Below, one piece after another: positions 25,400 through 38,638 of a stretch of DNA of 64,000 bases. Within the stretch, counting starts at the first letter, position 1; the number at the start of each line of letters is the position of its first letter. Position numbers and translations under genes: made by a program. Origin of the DNA: Lama guanicoe (taxonomy: Eukaryota); contig MU054220.1 in NCBI GenBank assembly GCA_013239625.1, positions 7,475,367 to 7,539,366 of the forward strand, written 5' to 3'. The notes beneath the pieces were generated by a model, which saw nothing but the letters and a program-made list of their open reading frames with translations, was not told where the DNA came from and did not search any database.

Positions 25400-26250
25400 A
25401 AAATTTTGGTGTCTTTTCAACTGTCTCATTGCTCTGAAAATCATGAAGATATACCTTAGTGTGGATTATCTTCATTAATTATGCAGGAAATGTGGTGAGC
25501 ATTTTGAATATAAAAGCTAATGTAATTTATTCAGTCTAAATCATTTTCTTGTAACTTCCTACATTTTATTTATTTTTTTCTGATTTTCTTGCAGGTATTT
25601 CTGTTATTCAGATATTGGTCCTTTTGTGCTGATCATCTAATTCTCTTTTACTATACTCTATTTTTAAGCTTATTTTTCTTTTATTATATTTAACGGGAGA
25701 TTTCCACAATTTTATATTTCCTTCCTCTTAGAGTGAGTTTCAATTTTTTCATTTTTAAATTTCAAGGGCTGGTTTTGCTCTCTAAATGTTCCTTTTCATA
25801 GCAGGCTGTTCTTTCATATGCGCAATGTGCTCCTTCTTCTCTTTGCAGAAATTAATTATAGATCGTTTTTGCACTTTTACTCTCTCTGTGCTATTTCCAC
25901 TTACTGCAAAATTATTGTGGAAATTTGTTTTCTATATATTCTGATAGATAATTTCCTCAAATATCTATTGCTATCTGGCTGCATAAAATTAAGAAAAGAA
26001 GTTCTCCGAAGCTGATTGGAAGCTCTGGTGAGTTGGTGAGGTCATCTCCCTGGTGAGTTTATCTCCCTGGTGAGTTTCACTGTGCCTGATCTAGTTGGGG
26101 TATTTCATTTGTGAGCTGTATGTGTGTATTTGTGAATATATGTATGTGTGTGTATATATGTATGTATATATATACATACATACTTTTTTCTCTCTAGGAA
26201 GAATCTTTCATTTTCTGGCTGTGGATTATAAATTTCTCTATTCTTAATCT
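25400..26250 (-). mobile_element. Highly diverged L1/HAL1-like fragment
   Basis: T-rich antisense L1-like text: tttttaaatttcaagggct...ttccttttcatagca. Confidence 0.4.
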
Positions 26251-26269
26251 GGATTCTGAGTAGGGGGAA

Positions 26270-26500
26270 TAACAAAAGTAATTAACACGTATATAGTGTT
26301 TATTATTTTTGCCAAGCACTGAAATATGTGCTTTACATATATTCACCCATTTAACCTCTATATCGATCTAATAATTGTGTACCCATTGTTTCAGAGAAAG
26401 CAACTGAGGCACAAAGAAGAAAACTACCTTACCTAAGGAAGAACTTGTTACATGCCAAACTGGGATTCCGACTCAAGAGACTTTGCTTCTAAATGGAGTA
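26270..26500 (-). mobile_element. MIR SINE
   Basis: gtgctttacatatattcacccatttaacctc...cccattgtttcagagaaagcaactgaggcacaaag. Confidence 0.75.
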
Positions 26501-27516
26501 TACCTGGTTTCTCAGCTAGGCATGCCTTTAATCCCCAAACCCTGCTATCTTTTTGATGAAATTGCCCTCTCCTCTGCCTAGTGCTCTTGCTGTTCAAACT
26601 ATTTATTGTTGACTCTTTCCAGACGATATACCTTCAGTCTTTTCCTAGTGAAGGAAAAAGGACGCTGCCAGTCTGAGTCAGGCAGGTGAAGATCAAGGTG
26701 TTCAACAGCTTCTTAAATACATTTTCCAAATATTGTCCTGTTTTTAGCTCCCTCTAACCCCATTTACACAGGTCTGGCGTTCAGCAAATTCTTGCACATT
26801 TCCAGGGTAATGCAATGCAAAGCAGGTGGTTCTCTGTCTTTCCCTCTGGCTATCTTAAATTTCTTCTTTCTCTGGTCTTCTAAATTTGTTACCACTATCC
26901 ATCTGTTCCACATTTTTACATTTTTTCTTTGCCACTTTAATTGTCCTTATATGATATTTCTTTTTTGGGAAAAAAAATCACTTTACACTTGTTTCCATGA
27001 GAAATTAGGAGGAAACTAGGTTGGTTGTGTTTATTGTCTCATGTTTAATATGAAACCAACTTTATCTATTTTTCTTGATACAAATTTACTTGCAAATCAC
27101 CCTATGTTTGTAGATGGTGAACTCCATAACTGAGAATCATGTCCTAGAAAAAGAAAGTTCTCCTTTATCATCTAAATTTTTTTTAAAATTGCAGTTTGTT
27201 GAGAAGCATAGCAAAGCAGAATCCTAATCCTACTAGAGATTAGCTGGAAATAATGACCTCAGTGTTTCTAGTGTACAGGGTTTGCAAGTCCTAAATCTAA
27301 GTTGACAATGGGGGAAATAAAAATGACTCTCAGGCTCTACTCAAAAGAGCAGGAACCAGAAGCTCCAGGAAAATGAACAGTGACGCAGCATTTCTATTCA
27401 CCTATTTAAAGTTCCTCCATCTTTAAGCTCCTACCACCTTAAGGCTACACAGAGTGTCTATTTAAAAACAAGACAAGGTAACGTCTACAAGGAGGAAGAA
27501 ATTTAACTGTGCGGTG

Positions 27517-27700
27517 CAGTGGTTCTTAGCCTCTGCGTCACATGAAAATTACCTGTGGAATTTTTTAAAGTCCCAATTCAAAGGCTGCCTACAAGCCCAA
27601 TTAAATTCGAATCTCTCAGGGTGGGATCCAAGCAACAGTATTTGTTAAGGCTCCTCACGTGATTTCAGTATGCAGCCTTGTGCATTGGCCTTACAAGTGG
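27517..27700. mobile_element. MER5A-type hAT-Charlie MITE
   Basis: Starts cagtggttct. Contains aaattcgaatctctcagggtggg...ctcctcacgtgattt..tatgcagcc. Confidence 0.75.
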
Positions 27701-30700
27701 TTTGAGCAAACCTGCATCTACCGATGAATATGTTAAAGACACCTAGTGTCAGCTTCTCGGCAGCCATCCCTGCATCTTTTGATATGAGACTAATTCAATT
27801 ATAGAGCAAAACTGAAGATAATTGATACGCAATTTAGTGCCTGGCTATTCCCTCCTGTTGGTGTTCCTTTCACAGTGCCCTCACTTCAAGCATTCCTTAT
27901 TTTCTGAGAAGTTATTTTTTCCAAGACCTCTTAAATTCCTGCTATAGGCTTATGGGGAAAAAAAAATCATATATATATAATATATATATGTATTTCTAGC
28001 AAACTTTTGAGCAATTAAAGATAACTCGTACAGCAAGGTGACTTGGAAGGCTGGATATAAATAACGAGATCCTGGGCTGCTGTGTTAATTGGTAGAGATG
28101 GAAAGTGGGAAAGTCAATTTCAGTCCTGTTAGATTTTGTTATGAAGAAATCTCTCTCCCCAACAGCCATCTTAATTTAATTACCACTTTATCCATTACTG
28201 GCTCAATTTGTGACAACAGCAGCTTTATGTGTCTCTCTTAATAGGAACTGAGCCGAGCTTCTACTTGAAGTGTCGGGGTCAGAGGAGCAGTGGTTGAAGT
28301 AATCCAGTGCATCACTTGAGTGGAAGAGCTTTCCAGTTAATATACTTAGGGGAAGCATGAACTGCTCCACTCCCTCCCGTCCACCCCTTTGAAACAGCGT
28401 CCTGCTGGCTCATAACTGTGTTGGGAAATACTAAAGCTCATTTAAGGAAACAGTTGTAGGGCATAAAAGGAGAAAGGAAAGGCATGGAGTTTTGAAAGAT
28501 TTGGAAGATGAGACCAATGTTAAGCTCCTTGCGATTCAGGGAACATCAATTCAGTCAATAATTGGAAATAGTCATTATGGGAAGGATAATGTCTCCTCTG
28601 AAGTAAACGGAAGCCCCACAGTGCAAGCACGTGCTTATACTCTTCTTAGGTCTGGGGAAGTGGACCTCATGAGGAATATGAATGCCAAGCACTCTTCCTC
28701 ATTTTTCATTCCCTGTTATTAACACAGATTTACATGAGATTTATCTCCAGCCGGTGAGGAAGCTGAAAGCAGGTTCAACAGAGCAGATTCAGTAGGTAAA
28801 ACGCCATAGAGGGCCTTATTTATTTCTTATTTCAGTCCCAACTTGTGACCCTAAAATTCCTCCACAAGATAGCTAGAAATAATGGTAATAATTTTGTAAT
28901 GCTTGGTTTTTATTAAAATTGAGGATTCTTTCATTTGTGCTTGAAATAAACTTCTTGAAATTAATTGATAATAAATCACAGAACCCTAAGAGATTTCCAT
29001 TGGCCAGCTCAGGGTAGAAGCTGGGTGAGTAGTCAGGGGATGAATGATAAACAGAGACTAAAGTTCAGGAAACAAAATCCAAAGATAGTATATTTATGCT
29101 TGCAAAAACTTTGCCAACCACATTCTTGAAACACTTTGTTAAAGAGCGGATGACACTATAAAATAATTTTGATTAAGACAGTCAAAGGAAACAAGTGGGA
29201 AAAATTGTGTTAAATATATATATCAAGAAGCATGGTATTGCAGTTTGTTTTATGTTAGTAAAGTGGGTGATGCCATTTTCCAAACCCACATATAAATAAC
29301 TTTGGAAATTATATGTAAAAATGATGCAGGAAAACTAGCATGACATCTGCCACACAGTAGGTACTTTTATGGGTCAGAATTCTTTTGGCTGCAATTGACC
29401 AAAAGCTCAAAAAGTTGAGAAAAAACAAACAAACAAACAAGAGATGTATTGCCTCATAAAATTGAAAAGTCCATTGTTGATCAATAAGCAATTTGGAATT
29501 AAGCACTAATCAGGATAAATGAAGTATGCTGACTGGAGGAGTAAAATCGAGTGCCCACCACCGAAGGAAGGATGTAGGGTCCAGACCGTCCGAATTACTT
29601 TGTTGAAAGCAAAAGGAGAGGTGATTTTCCAAATGAAAGTCAAGATGCTATCATCAAAGGAAAATGGGTAGTCAAGATAATGGGCAAAGAGGAATAGCTG
29701 GTGTTACCATCAGCAGTCAAGTGATGCTAACTGAATGGATGGCCGTGCTATGAATGGGGTAAAAAAAAAATGGTGAAAACACGTACATGAGCAGACTTAG
29801 AAGACTGAGGCAAAATGAACATTTTGCAGTGGCCTCAGAGGCATGCTGCAGTGTCCCCTTTATTCTTATCATTTGGATTCAAAGGGTTTTCTTTTTTCCA
29901 TTTAGGTATGTGCAATTTTACATGAGAGACAAAGATGCATAATCATTCTGATGCTTCTTAATGCATGAAGATGTTTTGGTCCCCATGAACCATTACTGCT
30001 TTGGATTGGGGCTATCAAAATCAAACAGTTTTTGAATCAAACTAGAGACTTTGTTTCTTTGTATGCTTTTGGTTTTATTCTCCTTCTTTTCCTATTTTTT
30101 CTCCATAAAACAAAATTTCCTAACTCTTACACTCTTTTTTTTTTTTTTTGGAGTAGGGCTTAGGGGAAAGGGATTAGAAAATGATCTAACTTTTACAAAG
30201 AAAACACAACACTGATACGATGTTTTCTCTAGCACCTCGGATATGGTCCAAACCTGGGATTGTCATTCTCTACTAGAACTCGAGATGCCCAGTAGGGGCA
30301 GCCACGTGGAAGTCCAGTAACTGCTCTATTTTCAGTGTTTCCTACACAGAAAAATTATACTGATTCTTAGTGGATCTTGCTAAACTTGATAAGATGAAAC
30401 AAATGAAAATTTAAAAACTACTAAGAGGCTTGAAGAAAATAAAATCCTCTTAGAAAAATGTACTCACGTAAATGAACATAGAGTCTAGAGCCTAAAAAGA
30501 CTACTGTTTCAATAAGAGTTGAGATTTAAAGTCTTTTAAATAAATATGTATCTTAAATAAGGACAGCACAGGATGCCCTAGAGCAAGATGGAGGCTTTAA
30601 AAATGTGACTGTTACTTGAATTTCCTGTACCATGGAAATAGAGGTGTCCAGGAAAATACTCAAGAAACAATAGATTGAAAGTTAGGAGATTCTTTGATGG

Positions 30701-30809
30701 ATTGTTTTATTCATTTGCACGTTTATATACTTTTAAACCATACGTGTATGTATTTGCATGTATCTCTATCTCTGTATCTACATCTACAGCTACAGCTATC
30801 ACTGTATCT

Positions 30810-30945
30810 ACACCAGTAGAATGTAAGCTCCTTGCCTGCTGGAATTTTGTCTGTCTTATTCACGTCTATAGTCTGAGCATTTGAGATAATGGCAAGATTA
30901 TGACCTACATTCCAAATAAGTATTTGAAAATGAATAAATCAATAA
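30810..30945 (+). mobile_element. L2 3' end preceded by a TATCTC/TACAGC low-complexity run
   Basis: tagaatgtaagctccttg...ttttgtctgtcttattcac...tatttgaaaatgaataaat. Confidence 0.65.
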
Positions 30946-31789
30946 AGGCTTAAGTAAAGATTTTTGAAACAGTTTGAAAACCAAGGTGGAGCATAACAAA
31001 GAATGGTTGGAAAAAGTGATTTTGCATTTTTCACTCAACCAACTCAATATGTCAGAGAAGGAGGATATGTAAGGATGGATTTAAAAGCAAAAAAGCAGAG
31101 GTTATGTGTAAACATTTAGGAGTACCCCTGAAATCTTTAATTAGATTGATAGCCTAATTTGGAGCACAAAGACATTCCAGACTCTCCTGGTGTGCTATTT
31201 TTCATATTTAAGGGGGGATGGAAGGAACTGACATGATGTTGCCTACAACAGTTTATCCTTATTACCTGCACGCTCTTTACACTTGTCCACAAATCAGGGA
31301 GAAGTGTCGACTGTAATCAGCTAGTTTGGGACAGATAATACCTTAACTCTTAGGCTAAGATTTTTAGATATTTCTATATTCTTGAAGCAAGATTCAACTT
31401 GCATACACGTATATACAAATACACATATTCATACGTACAGAGACATATTTACATCCCATACATAGGTCTTAGTCCTTCACATTGGGCTAGGAGTGAGATT
31501 TTGCAGTGTTCTGATTTCTGGGCTCTCTCCTAATAGGTAGAAGAAAGGAAGGGCTCCATTAGGAAAGCTTAAAAGAATTTTATTAAATTTTATTAAATTT
31601 TCACCAAGTCCTGTCCAGATATAAAATATCATATAAATGTATGGCAGACAGTAACAACCCCAAATATCCCATTTTTCTCATAGTTCCCAATTCCTATGAG
31701 AGATAGACCTATCTCTCATCTTTCATTCTCTGATCTCACAACCAAGGGACTAAATGGTATGGCTTTAGTCAGTGGCACTTCCATCACTC

Positions 31790-32130
31790 TGAGTCTCAGA
31801 ACGGCTCTGAACATTGGCAGGCTCCTCCGAGCCCTGTGTCAGACTTGGCTGGGCATTGGGCTGCCTCTCTGCCCTTGAGTAAGAATCCTGCTAATTCAGG
31901 TTAGCAAAAATCCCCAGTAATACCTGACCGCCTTCAATATCTTATCACACTGCCTTGTCTTCAGCAAGAATTCTGTTGAATCAGTCTAATAAGAACCCCC
32001 TTACTCCTGACGTTTCTTCAGTAATTTGCCATCCACTGACTCCCACCCTGCTCCTCAGTTGTAAATTCCCACTTGTCCTTGTCGAAGTCAGAACTGAGTC
32101 TCATCTCTCTTCCCCCAAGGCAGTGATCTG
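31790..32130 (+). mobile_element. ERV1 LTR, MER31-like
   Basis: caggctcctccgagccct, two copies of aagaatcctgctaa/aagaattctgttgaatcagt, and ccatccactgactcccaccctgctcctcagttgtaaattcccacttgtcc. Confidence 0.7.
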
Positions 32131-32179
32131 TGAACTAGGAAGCAGTTTCTCGCTAGACGTAGAATCTACTGTGTATTTC

Positions 32180-34570
32180 TTCTACTTTGATGATTCTTCC
32201 CACATAGATTTGACAATGTTTTTTTAAGCTAATTATAAAATATGGAGCAGAGCAAACAACCCTAATTGTTACTATCATGTCTTTCTTCATGAGGTAAAGC
32301 AACAGATCTTTGTGCTTGTCTAGAAGACCTATAAACCTCCCCCCTCAGATACATTGTTTTATTTTTTTCTAAATTTAAGATCTGATAGTTGAGGTAAACC
32401 AAAAAATGAGAGTAGATTGATAACTCAAGATGAGACCATGGAGGCTGAGAAACAGTGGTTGGTTATCTACTTAATCAAAGTGATAAAATGTTTTAAATAA
32501 ACACAAAAGATTATAAAAGTTTGTTAAGAAGCTTTAGCTTTTTTATAAGTGAGAAAATATTTTCCTTTTTTTTATTTTAATTAACCAATTGCATATAAAA
32601 TCAAACCTAAGCAGAGAATATTATTCTGATAAGATATGGCATCTCTGCTATGTTGGAAGTTTACGTAGAAGTTAAAGAATAATATTTTATTATTTATTAA
32701 GCATTCCTAAGATTTAGTTTTCAATTTGACAGAGAAAAAGCCAAATTGTAATTTTGCATTGATTGCGTATTTGACAGCAAAATTTTCATGAGTCTTTCCC
32801 CACCATCTCCTTAAATTGTCGGTGAATAAATCCATTGAAATTGATTTAACTTTGTCAACATTTAAACCTCTTTTTAGAGCCTTTCAGTTTCAGATATTAC
32901 AAACCAAGGCAAAAAAAAAATTAACTTCCCTCATACATTCTAATACTTGCTGTACACACTAAAATTTTCTCTTTTTTTTTAAATTTTGGATCAAACTTGT
33001 ACTTTAAAGAAAAATTCCTCCTTTTTTTCCCCTTGAAAAGCAAATGCCTCAATTTTACATGCACAGTGATTTTCTCAATTATTATTAATCCCAGTATGTC
33101 TCAATAACCCACATCGGTTACTTCTTAAGCAAAATAATCATCTTCTATTAAACAGAGGAAATGAGGAGATGTTACTGAGAACTGTCCGTATATCTAAGCA
33201 CAATTTTAGCAGACTATTGCAGCTTATAAATACATATAATATAGGTAGAGCTGCAAATGTCCCTTTTCTGCCTTATTAAAGTGGTGAGAATGAACAGGTT
33301 CATTAACATAACTCAAAGATATAGCACTCCATACCACATGCAAATAAGAAGGAAACTATATGAAATTACAATTATTCTGTGCAACCAGTGGTTCATTATT
33401 CAATCTCACTTGGAAATTATCTAAAAATTTAAATATTATTCAGCAACTCATTTTAGTATTAGTCAAAGGATTTTGGTTATCAAAAGATCTAAGAAACTTT
33501 GTTCAATAAGATGTACTAAAAAACATAGTTCAACTTTTCATAAAAATCTGTCAGAAATATGATTCAACTTAATTAAAGCCACATTTACATTTTTTATGAT
33601 CTTAAACATTATATAGGCCTAATGTTAATAAACCAGTATGAAAAGTAAGAAATTTCAGATTAATTTACTTCTTTATGAGGAAAAAAAAACCCAACTTTAT
33701 AAAAAATAAAACCCTTATAAATCTTATAAAATATATATTTTATAATCTTAGAAATATGCCATATTGAAACTCAAGCAACAAACTTATTGTTATCATTTAT
33801 ATTTTAAATAAAAAATATTTAAGTAATATAATTTTTAAAATTCACTTTGATTATGTGATCTTGGAGTCTTTAAATGTTTCTATGATAGCAGTGTCTGCAA
33901 TAAAGATTTGTCTTAGTACTTTGAAAGTATCATGGATTCATTTTATGTGAAATGTTTAAAAATATTTTAACTTTTACATGTGCGTACATACACTTAAAAA
34001 ACAATTGGAAAATAATCTATTCAATTTAGGAAATGTTATAATCTAATTTGTACCCTCTGAAATTAGGAAAATATTTCACACACACAATGAAACGTAAAAG
34101 CTTTCCTCAATTGCACATAGACAGATTATACCTTCAATTCTACAAACTAAACCACAGGTCAAAAGTAAACACAAGATAAAAAATCATCTTTTCAAAGAGC
34201 TGTTTTCCTTTTCAGTGGGTATGTAATTTTTAGTTGATACATACTCACAAATAAATCAACAGATTAAAAAGCAATTAAAAAAAACTAGCAAATACATAGA
34301 CTGACAAACCATATATTCTTTCCTATCTCAAACAATATAGAATAGATCTCTATAATCTATTTGACTGTTAGAGATTATCAAATATTTAGACTATTAAATC
34401 AAATATTTTATTTTTATTACTACTAAAGTAGACTTACTTGTCTGTGTACAGACTAGAAACAAGAACAAAATGATAAAAAACAGTAGAAAGTTAAAAAAAA
34501 TAAAAAAGAGTCACAAACGTCTTAGTTCTATCGTCATTTGGGAGTCACTTTGGGAACCAAGAAAAGCTAT
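32180..34570. mobile_element. Very AT-rich segment, possibly degraded ERV1 (MER4-group) internal sequence
   Basis: Lies next to an ERV1 LTR, and its composition resembles non-autonomous ERV1 internals. No gag/pol motif recognised. Confidence 0.3.
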
Positions 34571-34929
34571 CCTGGGGCTTCAGCATCCTCTGGGATACAC
34601 TTCTCTGCCATTGCTGCTTACTTGTAGTCATCAGGTGTGTCCGCGTGGCATTTCAGTGGATAATCTCTAGTCTCCTTCCTTTCTTTCTTTTGTTATTTCT
34701 TTCTTCCTTCCTTCCTTCCTTTCTTTTTTTTTTTTTATCATTGACATAGCCTTTTATTTCCCTGTTCCACAGTTAACATGGGGATTTAACATGTGACTTT
34801 TTCTTATTTTGCTGACACATTCCAAAAAAAAAAAAGGAACATAAATAATTGTGACCTACTTCCAATTCATAAACCATTCTGAAATAGAAATAGCTAGTAT
34901 CATCATTCAAGAAGGAGTCGAAGGTAACG

Positions 34930-35120
34930 AATGAGTAGCACCTACATACCATTCACTTTATATGTGCAATGTCATTTAATCTATACACCAGTCTAATGAG
35001 ATAAGTTTCCTATTTTCTAAAGGAGGACCATGGGACCAAGGTCTCTTTAAAACAGAGGCGGCGTTTGAGTTGTGGTTTGCTTAACCAAAAAGCCAGCATA
35101 TATTTTCCATTGACCATACT
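34930..35120 (-). mobile_element. MIR SINE
   Basis: cactttatatgtgcaatgtcatttaatct...tgagataagt..cctattttctaaaggagga. Confidence 0.55.
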
Positions 35121-38100
35121 GCTTACTAATCTCACCGTGGGATGTACTGAAAACAAAAATAAAATCTTAAGATAATATAATGGAGAATTATCCCTACTTT
35201 AGATTCCCTAAGCATCAATCTTTGATTTTCACAAAGGCTCAAGGTTACTTTTATGCACTCATTAGAGTTTCAACCTTTGTTCTAACCATATGCCACCAGA
35301 ACTATTATTTACTCAACAGTTTTCTTTATATGAATTTATTTTTAAATTTAAATTTGTTTACAAAGAAACTTTGTATCACTGTTATAAAGGTAAATCCAGC
35401 ATATTTACCAGAAACAGAATGAAAAAGATAAGTAACTATTCACATATGGGAGTTCATACAGCTTCTAGGATGCTCTCAGCCAGGCACCATCAACCCTGCA
35501 TCCTGGAGGGCTGGGGAGGTAGTGGTGTTGGGACAAGACTGGGAAGCCAGAAAGCTTCTTGCAGGTAGAGGAGTGGTCTTCATCAGGAGTTTCTTGAGAG
35601 TCCCATCCAGGCTTTGACGTTATCACATTGTTTATTTTTCCACCTTTGGACATCAGAGATTGAAGGCATTGAGAATGAGATTGAGTCCTTTATGTCAAAT
35701 TTTAAGCATGAGAAAATTACAGGAATGAGGATCCATTTCTTACTGGAGGAGGGGCTTTGGAATTCTAAGTATAATAATCAGAAGAAATTAGTTTCTGGTG
35801 GGTACTTATTTTTGGTTTTCCTGATTTAAAAACTTGAACTGAATGCTGATATACATAGCACCCAGTGACTGTGTAATCAAAGATTCTAAAATGAAACTTT
35901 AATTACGCTGCATCTCTAATACAAAGCTGTTCAAATGGCTGCTTCTAGCGGCTTTTGGCTCTAGAGTTAAAGTTCCATTAAAGAGTAATCTCCATTAATT
36001 TTGGAAACTTTGGGCCAATAACTCAGATCAACAAACTTTTCCCATAGAACATTTTGAGCTGAACCAAACTAACTTTGTATTCCAAACGTGTGATTGGACT
36101 TCCTCTGTGAAAAAGCATATGAGCTTCACATAATTCAAAATTATCTCTTATATTTTCATGAAGCTTTAAATTAGCAGTTATTTTTAGTTGTACTTCTGTT
36201 TTTACCTGATAAAAAATCAAATCAGGGGACTGGGGAGCGTAATAACATCAGTTCAAGGACTTTAAAAGGTAAATTGAAAGAAAATCTATAAGGTCCATTA
36301 AATGCAGAATCATCCATTGCATCAATACTACTGGAAATCAGAATGGCAGAGTCAGGAGAATTCACACGAGGATGAACCCGGAATACCCTGAAATGGAAAT
36401 CCACTGGAGGGAGCAGAATGTTTAAAGTAAAATTTTCTGAAAGCTAAAATCATGATTTTCAGGTACATGGAAAAACAACTGGTGTCACAGATTTTATTTA
36501 GCAAATTAATTGATAATGGAACCAGAAAGATGTTAAAACTTATCCACATAACACTTGAGAAACTAGGGTATTTGTAGTAAATTTTTAAAAGCAATGCTAA
36601 AATAAGATTACCTGATTACATACAAAACTGGTTAATATCTCACAGAGCAACAAAACATAAACTTGTGGTTGTTTTACTGAAAAAACATTGGTATCTCTTC
36701 TAGATTAAAAAAAAAAGTAGAATTAACCTACATCTTAATCTAAGACTTCTAGTCAATTGGAAACAAGTCAAACTAAGGACATTTCCCTTGGTATTCCTCA
36801 CGTGGCTTCCAGTTCATCTCACCCATCTTTTTGATCTATTTACACATTTTGGTTTCATTTTCACAATGGTATTACAAGAGAACAGTAATTTTGATACAAA
36901 TTAAAACTATCCTGCCCATTATTGTGACTCAGTCAGTCCTCACTCCTTAAGTTCAAAACAGAGGTTAGGATGACCTAAGGTGAAAAGAAAATCTCCAAAT
37001 AAATATGGTAGGGGCTTCCTACCACCATGGGACTAAGTGTGGAAACTCAAAATGTGTTGATATTTGGACCTACACCAGTATGTTGTGGGTAGGACTGAAA
37101 GTAAGAGAGAAATGGCCAACCTACCTGGGAAAAAAAAAAAAGAACAGTGGAGGATTGGAACCAGATAGTCACTTGGCTGCAAATACTTGATTCAGAAAGA
37201 GCATATGCCTTGAAGTGCATCGTTGATAGACTGAGTATCACTAACAGAGCTGCTTGGGAACTTGCAACAGACAATCAGAAGTGCAAATAATGACCTTTAG
37301 GAAAAAACAGAGAAAAGAGTTCAGGTGATCAGGAGGACTGGCAGAAACTTGTTGCAATTCAAATGCCAGTGACCAGAACAACTACGGATACAGACAGAGA
37401 GCACCTGATGGATTGTTAGAACAGCAGAGAAGTAAGTATTTTGACAAAGTATCTGTCTTGTAAATTTCCAAGAGAAGACCTGAAGGAGAAGGGACTTGCA
37501 TCTTGTAGTTTGCAAGTTGTAAAATTAGCACTGTGGACTCTATGACCAACTGAAAAAAAAAAGCAAATTTCCATGGAAAGAACAAGTTGGCGATGACTGT
37601 GGGATATTAAGATTACAAATAATATTGTGTAAAGGGATGACATCAAAGAATTCTAAAATCTGAAATTGTTGTATGCAGAGACAGTTTATATCATTTCTTG
37701 TCATCCGGTCAGGGTAGAATAGATATTTCCTGTGTTTGTACAATATAATTAATATACTTTTCTCTCAAGTGGAAAACCTTGATTATCTTTCTGAAGTTGT
37801 CCCCATATACCCATCATGTGTTAATCTCATCTGATTAAAAACAATAGGAATATGGAGCTTGGTATGAGACAAATTTTTGTGAGTAGAGGAGGTTAGCAAA
37901 ATAGCAGAGGTTAGATCAATTTTTGAAAAGAGAAAAAAAAATCTGAATGAAAGAAATTAGAATAAAAATAGTCTTTCTCTATGAAGTGACCTTCTCCCCC
38001 ACCCGCCTCCTTAGAGCTTAACCTCTTGAATAACTACCCTTGTTCTCTAAGAGAATTATTATGTAGCACACATCTCTAAGTTTTCCCTTCCCACACTGTA

Positions 38101-38464
38101 ATTACATTTCATTTTCTCCAGCCTTTAATTAAGTTGTATACACCTGTATGTTTTATATAATAGTGTCATGGAAAATAAAGATGTAGGACAATAAATAAAG
38201 AGCGACTTGCCCTATAGTAACCTCTCCAATGGCATTAGTCAGAAGAATTCTGTATCCTACTGAGTAAAAGAGTGAGACCAGGAGTTCCAGAAAAGGCCCT
38301 GATCCTAGGGAACTCTTCAAGACTTTGGGAATAGTAGATAATAAGCAAAATATTCCAAGGAACATTGATAGACAACTCAAGAAGAAACTGAAGTCTACTT
38401 CTCCTTCTGTCTATGCTAGAAGACTAATGATTGACTGAAGGAGGGTAAAGCTTATAGAAGCTTC

Positions 38465-38575
38465 CTCAGAAAGGAGGAAACTGAACATTAGCATGGTGAG
38501 CACAGTCGCATAGCTCATTGGTAGAATACCAGATAGAGCCTGAGGTCTCCCAAACCCAAGTGCAATATTCTTTCA
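38465..38575 (-). mobile_element. MIR fragment
   Basis: gaggaaactgaa...gtcgcatagctcattggtagaataccagatagagcctgaggtct. Confidence 0.5.
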
Positions 38576-38638
38576 CCGGATCAGTTTTGCAGGAAGGGAA
38601 TTAATGAGACTACAGCCCCGACAGGTGCCATGTAAGTA

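Noticed and set aside
35250..35700. Possible additional hAT/Charlie fragment
   Set aside because: Only a vague resemblance. No TIR or protein motif I can support.
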